DNA of 64,000 nucleotides from a virus: positions 1 through 64,000 of the IMG/VR virus record IMGVR_UViG_3300007072_000007. The stretch is one strand, 5' to 3'. The translations under genes and the position numbers were made by a program. The notes under the pieces were generated by a model that saw nothing but the letters and a program-made list of their open reading frames with translations, was not told the DNA's origin and did no database searches. Below are positions 56,776 through 64,000 of this stretch, piece by piece; positions within the stretch are counted from its first letter, which is position 1, and each line of letters opens with the position of its first letter.

Positions 56776-57383
56776 CGCGGGAGGAGCGGGAACTTCTGCA
56801 CTACGCGATGGCGTATGGGCCGTACGCGCTGGTCGAGGACAGGGGGATGTCCGCGCCGGATGTCGATGCGTTCCTTTCCCGTCCTGATGTGCGGGACGAG
56901 CGGAAGAGGCTGGAGGACTTGCTGGCCGACGCTTCCGCTGCCGAGGCCCGCCGTCGCTACTTCGCCAGGCGCGCCGTCGGGCGGATGGTTCCGCAGGCGG
57001 TGCAGGTCATTTCCGATGCGCTGCGCGGGAACGAGTACGTCAGGGATTCGCACGGAAATCTGATGCTCGACCAGAACGGAAACTTCATCGTCCGCGAGCC
57101 GATGCCGACGAAGGTCCAGGTGGACGCCGCGAAGTTTGTTCTGTCCGACGCCGGAATCGGCGGAAAAGACGATGTGGGGCAGGTCGTGCTTGAGCATCGG
57201 GTTTCGATGCCGATTCAGATAACCTACCCGGAGGACGCCAGAAGCGACGAGGAGAAGGCCATGTCGCGGGAGCGCGTCCGCAACGCGATTATGCGCCTTG
57301 CCGCCCCTCTGCTGGAGGCGCATCGGGAGATTGACCGGCGGGTTGTGAGAAGGCGACATGGCCGCAAACCGAGGAAAGCGTAA
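56772..57383 (+). CDS. Possible terminase small subunit
   Basis: Directly upstream of and overlapping terL; helical. Confidence 0.45.
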   Translation: MTREERELLHYAMAYGPYALVEDRGMSAPDVDAFLSRPDVRDERKRLEDLLADASAAEARRRYFARRAVGRMVPQAVQVISDALRGNEYVRDSHGNLMLDQNGNFIVREPMPTKVQVDAAKFVLSDAGIGGKDDVGQVVLEHRVSMPIQITYPEDARSDEEKAMSRERVRNAIMRLAAPLLEAHREIDRRVVRRRHGRKPRKA

Positions 57384-59424
57384 CGCTACCGAAGAGTATC
57401 AGCGTTTGTTCGACCGTGTGGCCGAGGAGTTGGTTCACGGCCACCGCGACCTGTTCGATTCGCTCCGGCCGGCCGAGCGGAAACTGGTCATCGACTACAT
57501 GGCGGAAGTCCTTGCGGACGGGAGGCTGGACAACAGCATTTCCAGCGTTCTGTGGGAGTTGGATTACGTTCGCCGTCCGGTGGGGATCGAGGAGTTCATC
57601 CGTTCTGACGATTATCTGGGTCGGACTTGCGCCCAGTTCGATGCCCAATGGGTGCGCGACCTTCAGGCCGTATTCGCCCCAGGCAGTTCCATCTACGTCT
57701 GGGTGATGCGGGGGGCCATCGGCATCGGAAAGACCGTCGTGGCCATGGCCGCCATCGCGTACACGATTTACAGGATGTCGTGTCTGCGCGACCCGGCGAG
57801 GTATTACGGGCTGTTGGCGAACTCGCTCATCGTGTTCGGAATCTACTCGATCACGAAGCGGCAGGTTGCCGACGCCGGTTACTGGAAACTGAGGGAATAC
57901 ATCGACAACAGCCGGTACTTCCAGGACCACTACCCCCGCGATCAGAAACTAGAAACGAAGATTGTCTTTCAGCGGCAGCGGGTGCAGGTGGTTCCCGGTT
58001 CAAGGCAGTTGCACGTCCTCGGACTGGACTTGTTCAGCGTGGCGATGGACGAGGCGAACTTCATGTCGCATCGCGTGGACAAGGAAACCGGAAAGACCAT
58101 CGGGCAAGCCTACGAGTTGTTCAACGCCACCAGCGCGAGAATCATGTCGCGGTTCATGCGGCCCGGCGGGGTCATTCCGGGGCTGATGCTGCTCATGTCG
58201 TCCGAGCAGTCTCAGACCGACTTTCTGGCGAACTACCTCGCGTCCGCGTCGAAGAACCAGTACCGGCCCGGTCAGCGCGGTCAGGTCACGGAGCATCTTT
58301 ACGTTTCGCACTACGCACTGTGGGAGATTCGGTCCCACCGTTACTCCCGCCGGTATTTCACGGTCGAGGTGGGGGACCGCGTGTTCCCGTCGCGCATCCT
58401 GGGGGACTCGGATACGCCGCGCCCGGGCGCGCAGACGGTGCAGGTTCCGATGGACTTCTACTCCAGGTTTGTCGAGGACGTGGACCAGCACCTTCGGGAC
58501 ATCGCGGGCGTCGCCACCGTCAACGTGTCGCCGTTTATCCGCGACCCCCGCGTGGTTCACGATGCCGTTGACCGCAGGCTGTCGCATCCGTTCACGAAAA
58601 CCGAGATTACGCTTTCGACGGATGAAGCCACAACGCTCCCCGACTATTTCCTGTTGCGCAAGGTCGCCAAGGTCCACGGCGGCGCGTGGGTTCCGAAGCG
58701 TCATCCTGGGTCGTTTCGCTACGTTCATCTGGACCTGGCATTGACGGGGGACTGCCTCGGTATCGGCATGGTTCATCCGGCCGGGTGGCGCAGGGTGGAG
58801 ACGGCGCGGAGCGACGGGACGGTGATGGTCAGGGCCATGCCGCTCATCGAAGTCGATTTTGTGCTACGGGTCCGTCCCCCAGTGTCGGGGGAAATCGACA
58901 TCTCGAAGGCGACCGCGTTCGTCGAGTACCTCCGCAGCATCTTTCCCATCCGTGTCGTATCGTTCGACGAGTATCAGTCGCGCCACTCGATTCAGATATT
59001 GAGGAAGGCGGGGTTCGATGCGAAGGTTACGTCGGTGGACAGGGACGACAAGGCGTACCTGGGCCTGCGGTCGGCGTTCTACGAGCGTCGGATGGCGATG
59101 TACGCCTATGAGCCGTTGATTGACGAACTGCTGGACCTCCAGCGGGACGTGCGCTCGTCCAAGGTGGACCATCCTGAGCGGGCGTCCAAAGGCGGTAAGG
59201 GAAGCAAGGACGTAGCCGACGGTCTGTGCGGCGCTGTGTGGGACTGCATGGAGGACGAGGCGGCATGGCGCGAGGTCGTGCCCCTGCTCGACGGTGGGGA
59301 GGATTTACGCAGCGTAAATCGGGGAGGGGGACCGGAGCCTTCCGTGCCCGCATCGACGACGGTAACTCCGGCAGGGCGTCGCATTGACTGGGACCGCTTG
59401 GTGAGCAATCTGGGAAGAAGGTAG
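57358..59424 (+). CDS. Terminase large subunit
   Basis: GAIGIGKT Walker A, VAMDE Walker B, HLDLA, KVDHP, KDVADG; precedes the portal gene. Confidence 0.88.
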   Translation: MAANRGKRNATEEYQRLFDRVAEELVHGHRDLFDSLRPAERKLVIDYMAEVLADGRLDNSISSVLWELDYVRRPVGIEEFIRSDDYLGRTCAQFDAQWVRDLQAVFAPGSSIYVWVMRGAIGIGKTVVAMAAIAYTIYRMSCLRDPARYYGLLANSLIVFGIYSITKRQVADAGYWKLREYIDNSRYFQDHYPRDQKLETKIVFQRQRVQVVPGSRQLHVLGLDLFSVAMDEANFMSHRVDKETGKTIGQAYELFNATSARIMSRFMRPGGVIPGLMLLMSSEQSQTDFLANYLASASKNQYRPGQRGQVTEHLYVSHYALWEIRSHRYSRRYFTVEVGDRVFPSRILGDSDTPRPGAQTVQVPMDFYSRFVEDVDQHLRDIAGVATVNVSPFIRDPRVVHDAVDRRLSHPFTKTEITLSTDEATTLPDYFLLRKVAKVHGGAWVPKRHPGSFRYVHLDLALTGDCLGIGMVHPAGWRRVETARSDGTVMVRAMPLIEVDFVLRVRPPVSGEIDISKATAFVEYLRSIFPIRVVSFDEYQSRHSIQILRKAGFDAKVTSVDRDDKAYLGLRSAFYERRMAMYAYEPLIDELLDLQRDVRSSKVDHPERASKGGKGSKDVADGLCGAVWDCMEDEAAWREVVPLLDGGEDLRSVNRGGGPEPSVPASTTVTPAGRRIDWDRLVSNLGRR
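59303..59319. repeat. Perfect palindrome inside the terminase gene
   Basis: ATTTACGCAGCGTAAAT, read as DLRSVN. Confidence 0.95.
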
Positions 59425-59433
59425 GATTCAGGC

Positions 59434-61233
59434 ATGGACACGGATAAGCCTCTGTCTATCGGACCCCACAAGGCGGGGCTGTTCACGCGACTCCTGAGCC
59501 TGTTCCGTCGGGACCGGCGGCCTCTGCTGCCCGTCGAGGACGATTTCGACGACCTCGCGCGGTCCCTGGTTACGTCCCGCTACGTCCTGGGTCAGGACCG
59601 ACGCCACAGGTACATGATTTACAGCGAGATGGACCAGTTCGACATGGTTTCGTCGATTCTGGACCTCTACGCGGAGGAGGCGGCGCAGAAGGACGCGAGC
59701 ACGCAGCGGACGGTGTGGGTTGAGTCGAAGAACGAGAAACTTGTCCGTGCGGGGGACGAGTGCTTGCGCAACCTTCAGGTCGAGGACAGGATTTTCTCCA
59801 TCGCGCGCTCGATGTGCCTGTTCGGGGACCGATTCCAGCGGCTTATCTACCAGACCGGAAAGGGCGTCGTGGGGTGGAAATACGCCCCGCCGGACCTCGT
59901 GAAGAGGCGAGACGATAAGTACGACCGTCTCATCGGTTTCACGCAGGACGGAAAGAAGTTCCGACCGCCGCGAGACCATCCGGTGTCGTGGCCCTGGGAC
60001 TACATCCACTTCCGCCTGCTGGGGCGGGACGACTGGACGCAGTACGGGACCAGCCTGTGCTACCCCGCAGTCCGTCCGTGGCGGCAGTTGTTGCTCGCGG
60101 AGACGGCGGTGCTGATGTACCGACTGAAGCGCGCCCCCGACCGCAACCTGATTCTCGCGGACGTGGCTGGCATGGACCCGGTGGAGCGGGCGGCGTATCT
60201 CAACGCGCTGCGCAAGCGGCTGCGCAAGAGCGAGTTCGTGGACCCCGCCGCCGCGTCCTACCGCAATCAATACAATCCCATTACGGCGAACGAGGACATC
60301 TTCCTGCCGGTGGACAGCGATAATCAGACCCGCATCGAAACGCTGTCCGGGGCGGGGAACATGGACCAGTTGTTTGACCTCGACTACTTCCGCAACAAGT
60401 TCTTCGGCGCGTTTCGAGTGCCGAAGGCGTTTGCGGGGTTCGAGGGGGAGATCAACGCGCGCGCGACGCTGGTGCACCAGGACATCCGGTTTGCCCGGAC
60501 GGTCAAGCGGATTCAGCGGGCGCTGATTTACGGGTTGCGTTCGGTGCTGGAGTTGAACTACGCCCTTCTGTCGGAGAGTGAAGGCGGGTTTACGTCCGGG
60601 GACGAGTTTCGCGTGATGCTGCCGGTTCCGGTGTTCCTCGACGAACTGGAGCGGGTGGAACTGATGCAGGCGAGGGCGTCGCTCATTTCGTCGCTGGCGG
60701 AGTGGGGTCAGTCCCTTCAGATTGACGTGCGCGTCTGGGCGACCTATCTGTTGCTCAACTACGCCCACCTGCCGGAGGAGTTGGTTTTTCGGCTGGTGCA
60801 GAAGCCGCCGGTTCCGGTGTCTGCGGTCGGCGGCAACGAGGAAATCCCCGGTGCGGAGAGCGTGCTACTCCGCGCCAAGGCCCGCGAGAAGCAGTTGGCC
60901 GAACTCGAAGCGAGGCTGGGCGTTCCGAAGGGGTCCATCACGGGTTCGCTTGGGACGGCGGGTTACACGGAGTTGACGGACGCCGAGAAGGAGATGATTC
61001 GGCGCGCGGTCGATGTGAATCCGCAACTGCGCCAATCCCTGCGGAACATCGTCGCGCTGACTGAGGACTACGGAGCGAGCCAGGTGGACCCCAGCACCGT
61101 CGCCCCAAGATACTGGGACGAGAGCAGGGATGCGGTCATCGAACTGCGCGATACCTACGAGGACGACGAGGAAGCCCGTCTGCTGGTCGAACACATGGAG
61201 TCGTTGCGTGCGTCTGAAGTTTCCAAGCCGTAA
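59434..61233 (+). CDS. Portal protein (T4 gp20-like)
   Basis: 'HFRL', 'WRQLLLAE...YRLKRAPDR', 'EDIFLP', 'IETLSG', 'YFRNKFF..FRVPK', 'DIRFARTVKRIQ'. Confidence 0.92.
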   Translation: MDTDKPLSIGPHKAGLFTRLLSLFRRDRRPLLPVEDDFDDLARSLVTSRYVLGQDRRHRYMIYSEMDQFDMVSSILDLYAEEAAQKDASTQRTVWVESKNEKLVRAGDECLRNLQVEDRIFSIARSMCLFGDRFQRLIYQTGKGVVGWKYAPPDLVKRRDDKYDRLIGFTQDGKKFRPPRDHPVSWPWDYIHFRLLGRDDWTQYGTSLCYPAVRPWRQLLLAETAVLMYRLKRAPDRNLILADVAGMDPVERAAYLNALRKRLRKSEFVDPAAASYRNQYNPITANEDIFLPVDSDNQTRIETLSGAGNMDQLFDLDYFRNKFFGAFRVPKAFAGFEGEINARATLVHQDIRFARTVKRIQRALIYGLRSVLELNYALLSESEGGFTSGDEFRVMLPVPVFLDELERVELMQARASLISSLAEWGQSLQIDVRVWATYLLLNYAHLPEELVFRLVQKPPVPVSAVGGNEEIPGAESVLLRAKAREKQLAELEARLGVPKGSITGSLGTAGYTELTDAEKEMIRRAVDVNPQLRQSLRNIVALTEDYGASQVDPSTVAPRYWDESRDAVIELRDTYEDDEEARLLVEHMESLRASEVSKP

Positions 61234-61642
61234 ACTCTTCCCCAGCGCGGACGCCTTCGCCGAGGCAATCGAATCCGTCGCGCGGGACTGCGGCCAGAAT
61301 CCCTACGTTCTGGCCGATGCGGTCCTGCGCACGTTCGAGCAGATCGCCCTGCGGGTCGCAGCGGGCCGGAAGGTTCTGGTTCCCGGCTTCGGGCTGTTCA
61401 GTCCGCAGGTAGATTCCAGGAGGAAGCGAGTCTATCCTGCATTTTCGGGGGCGCGCGCCTTTCGGAACGAGGTGCGGTACGGTGTGTCCGTCAGTTCGCC
61501 GGTTGCTATCAGCGGGGTGCGTAGGCATCGGAAGAACCACCGATGGGCGCAGCCGCGCGCCGGTTGCGAGCCGACGACTCTACGCAAGACGTTCGCCCTG
61601 TCGTTGCAAACCCTCAAGTCGATGAATAGGGATATCGCATGA
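61208..61642 (+). CDS. Second, divergent HU/IHF-like protein
   Basis: 'GRKVLVPGFGLFS...VYPAFSGARAFRNEV'; start uncertain. Confidence 0.6.
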   Translation: MRLKFPSRKLFPSADAFAEAIESVARDCGQNPYVLADAVLRTFEQIALRVAAGRKVLVPGFGLFSPQVDSRRKRVYPAFSGARAFRNEVRYGVSVSSPVAISGVRRHRKNHRWAQPRAGCEPTTLRKTFALSLQTLKSMNRDIA

Positions 61643-62478
61643 CGGACGATGATGACATCTTCATTCTCGCGCCGTCGATGCTGCTTCCCATCGAGGAGGG
61701 CAAAGCCGTTGGAACGGCCCGGAAGTCCGAACTTCTGATGCTCAAGGACTTCTACACGAATCGAGCCTATCACCCGAACGTGCTGTCTCATGCTCGAAAG
61801 GTCGGGCAGACGGTGGGGCGGCGGAAACTGCTGGAGGTGCAGGACCGGACGCGGGACTCGCTCATCGGAATCATCAACGACTACCAGCGGGGGCGCATCG
61901 ACGAGAAGCGGTTGCGGGAGCGCATGACGAATACGATGCGCTCGGCGTGGAGGAACGTCTTTCTCGCCGGCGTTCGGGCTGGTGGGCATCCAGGGGAGGG
62001 GGCCGGCCCCGGCAAGACGCTGGTGGAGATAGACGTGGGGGATGACTACTGGTTCAAGACCGCCGTGGCGCATGAGATGCGGTTTCTGAACAAGTTTATC
62101 CAAGCGATTGTGGAAGGGACGTGGCGGATGCCGCTGGAGCGGAGGGCGCAGATGTACGTCGATACCCTTTCGTCCTTCTACGAGTCCGCCCGTGTCATCG
62201 CGCTCCCCGAAGGCGTCGTCATTCACTGGACGGGTCCGAATGACGACCGGACGTGTCCGGGGTGCAAGTATCTGTTCGACCATTCGCCCTACACCAAGTT
62301 CAACCTTCCGACGACCCCCCGTGCCGGGTTGACGCCGTGCCTGTCGAACTGCCGGGATAAACTGTTCATCCGGCGGGCGGTCGAGGACGAGGTGCGCGCG
62401 GTGGAGTCGGCGGCTCGTTACACGCGCGACCAGCACATCCGTCACCTGCGGCGGATAAAGCGCAGGGGAAAGCACTAG
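61639..62478 (+). CDS. Head morphogenesis protein (Mu gpF/SPP1 gp7-like C-terminus)
   Basis: 'W....DDRTCPGC...P.....CLSNCR'; follows the portal gene. Confidence 0.6.
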   Translation: MTDDDDIFILAPSMLLPIEEGKAVGTARKSELLMLKDFYTNRAYHPNVLSHARKVGQTVGRRKLLEVQDRTRDSLIGIINDYQRGRIDEKRLRERMTNTMRSAWRNVFLAGVRAGGHPGEGAGPGKTLVEIDVGDDYWFKTAVAHEMRFLNKFIQAIVEGTWRMPLERRAQMYVDTLSSFYESARVIALPEGVVIHWTGPNDDRTCPGCKYLFDHSPYTKFNLPTTPRAGLTPCLSNCRDKLFIRRAVEDEVRAVESAARYTRDQHIRHLRRIKRRGKH

Positions 62479-62504
62479 ACAACGGGATTTATCCATGCTA
62501 TCAT
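62476..62504 (+). promoter_or_regulatory. Promoter, probably leaderless transcript
   Basis: TAGACA-17-TATCAT with TGn; ATG 6 nt downstream. Confidence 0.65.
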
Positions 62505-62510
62505 TACGGC

Positions 62511-62897
62511 ATGGTCAATCGAATCGACGATGCGGCGGAACATCTGTTGCGGTGTCTGGACCACCTGCGTAGCCTAGTGGTCGAGGTCAGGTCGATGTCG
62601 CCTGGGCTGAAACGGGCGACGACGGCGGGATATCTCGGCGATGTGGCCGATCAGTTGTGGTCGGAGCATATCGACCGTTTGCTTCGCCTCATCGACGAGG
62701 AGGATGCTATGCTGCCAGAAGAGCGCGAGGGAGCCGGAAAGCCAGGCTTGCTGGTCGAAGATGCTACCGTTGTTGGTGGCAAGGACGTGAAAACGGGCGC
62801 GCCTGTGGTCCGTCCGAAAACGGTCGATGGGCGAGCCGATGAGTCCACCATCCCGACCGACCCCCGCGAGGCCAGTCGCCAGCGCGGGAAGGACTAA
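62511..62897 (+). CDS. Hypothetical protein
   Basis: 128-aa ORF starting at the predicted TSS. Confidence 0.55.
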   Translation: MVNRIDDAAEHLLRCLDHLRSLVVEVRSMSPGLKRATTAGYLGDVADQLWSEHIDRLLRLIDEEDAMLPEEREGAGKPGLLVEDATVVGGKDVKTGAPVVRPKTVDGRADESTIPTDPREASRQRGKD

Positions 62898-62911
62898 ATC
62901 TGATTATTCTC

Positions 62912-62940
62912 TTGACAACGCCGTTTTGCCGTGTTATCAT
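62912..62940 (+). promoter_or_regulatory. Sigma70-type promoter
   Basis: TTGACA-17-TATCAT with TGn. Confidence 0.8.
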
Positions 62941-62963
62941 GCTTTGAGCATCAGGAGGTTACG

Positions 62964-63524
62964 ATGACACAGGCACAGGTAACTAGCGCGGTAGTGTTGT
63001 TGGGCGAGGTCTATGACCGCGAGATTACGCGCGGCGACCTCATCACGCTTCTGTCCACGATTCGCGGGGCCGCTCCGGTGACGATTACGGCGGCGACCGA
63101 CCCGCGCTTGCGCAAGACCGGGCTGCCCGACGACCTGCGCGGCGCGCGTAAGATCAGTCGCGTCAACGGCGTCGTCAACTGGCACTACGAGGCGGCGGTC
63201 AATCGTCAGCAGGTCCGTGAGGGCGGCGACGGCACGTTCGAGGCTCAGCCGCGCAAGTGGGGTGTGCGCGTCGCGGGTACGCCCTTTGTCGAGCACAAAG
63301 GCGCGCTCTACCTCGAACTCAAGGTCGAGCGGACGCTGGGGCATGTGTACGTCGATGCCGCCGGTCAGCCCGTCGAGTACGAGCGCGTCGCACCGTTCTT
63401 GTCAGAGAAGCGGTCCAACGCCGAACATCAGGGCGTCGAGCGCGAGATTGTCCTGCGGGACTACGCCATTGAGTCGATTCAGGCCATCGCTATCGGTGGG
63501 GGCCGATATCGGGTGGTGGGCTAG
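62964..63524 (+). CDS. Hypothetical phage protein
   Basis: AGGAGG RBS, own promoter and terminator. Confidence 0.7.
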   Translation: MTQAQVTSAVVLLGEVYDREITRGDLITLLSTIRGAAPVTITAATDPRLRKTGLPDDLRGARKISRVNGVVNWHYEAAVNRQQVREGGDGTFEAQPRKWGVRVAGTPFVEHKGALYLELKVERTLGHVYVDAAGQPVEYERVAPFLSEKRSNAEHQGVEREIVLRDYAIESIQAIAIGGGRYRVVG

Positions 63525-63539
63525 GCTATCTGACCCCCG

Positions 63540-63577
63540 GCCCCCGTCGGACGTTGTTCCGGCGGGGGCTTATTTAT
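63540..63577 (+). terminator. Intrinsic terminator
   Basis: gcccccgtcgga-6nt-tccggcgggggc followed by ttatttat. Confidence 0.75.
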
Positions 63578-63623
63578 GTACCGGAAACCTCTACTCATCT
63601 TCGGGCTGACAGCGGCCGAAATC

Positions 63624-64000
63624 ATGCGCGTAGGGCCTCGATTTCGCCGTCCGTGCGATGTGTGCGGGGAGGTGCCCGACGAGTACCGCCTGGACGTGCG
63701 GCGCGGGTCGGGACGGTCTCAGACCGTCTATGTGCTGTGCGAGTCCTGTGCTGGGTTGTGGTGCGAGGCGATGGCGGGCCTGTGCTCGCGCGCACAGTCG
63801 CGCTGCTATCGGCGGGGGGAGTCGATCCGGCCTCCGTTGCGGGATGTCGGAAAGCGGGAGAGTCGGGTAGCCTATATCGCTTATGGGGTCGGGGATAACC
63901 CCCGCCCGAAGCGAGGTGAATATGCTGTTGACGAGTGTGCGCGGGGGGAAACCCCGCAGCGTCCTCGCGTCGCGCGACGCGGACGGGGCTTGCGTTTGCT
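63624..64000 (+). CDS. Partial CxxC...CxxC protein running off the window
   Basis: MRVGPRFRRPCDVCGE...VLCESC; frame open to the window end. Confidence 0.45.
   Translation, partial: MRVGPRFRRPCDVCGEVPDEYRLDVRRGSGRSQTVYVLCESCAGLWCEAMAGLCSRAQSRCYRRGESIRPPLRDVGKRESRVAYIAYGVGDNPRPKRGEYAVDECARGETPQRPRVARRGRGLRL

Noticed and set aside
8329-59319. The 17-bp palindrome as a terminator, REP/MITE or att site
   Set aside because: It has a one-base loop and no U tract, its flanks are not conserved, there are no target-site duplications, and no recombinase or transposase is present. A protein-binding site fits better.
1-64000. Stop-codon reassignment, prophage integration module, DGR or retron
   Set aside because: Core genes are intact in code 11 and end in TAA, TAG and TGA. 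No integrase, reverse transcriptase or host genes were recognised.

Overview
The window is a 64-kb segment of a large, GC-rich tailed bacteriophage genome. All plausible genes are on the + strand; no integrase, tRNA or CRISPR array was seen. Layout: 0.1-9.8 kb, small virion-type proteins, an XRE-HTH gene and probable internal head proteins. 10.1-13.2 kb, T4 gp21-like prohead protease and gp23-like major capsid protein. 13.8-29 kb, neck, tail terminator, two tail-tube-like genes, tail chaperone with a probable +1 frameshift, tape measure, hub and spike; no sheath or wedge gene was recognised. 29-30.2 kb, probable lysis membrane proteins. 31-56.8 kb, replication/recombination block: intein-containing RecQ, SF2 helicase, DnaB-like helicase, primase, UDG-PolA fusion, gp32-like SSB, RecA, ParB-like protein, MTase, RecD/Dda-like helicase, 5'-3' exonuclease, CsrA, SbcCD, resolvase and HU. 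56.8-62.5 kb, terminase, portal, a second HU-like gene and a head morphogenesis gene. The most striking unexplained signal is the 17-bp palindrome ATTTACGC(A/T)GCGTAAAT. It occurs as 12 perfect and about 11 degenerate copies across the window, between genes, inside genes and in clusters of 2-3. Degenerate copies overlap the promoter of a stand-alone ParB-family (GERRxRA) gene with no ParA nearby. This is a candidate new phage ParB/parS-like (KorB/OB-like) system. Product calls rest on motifs and synteny recognised by eye; no database searches were run.
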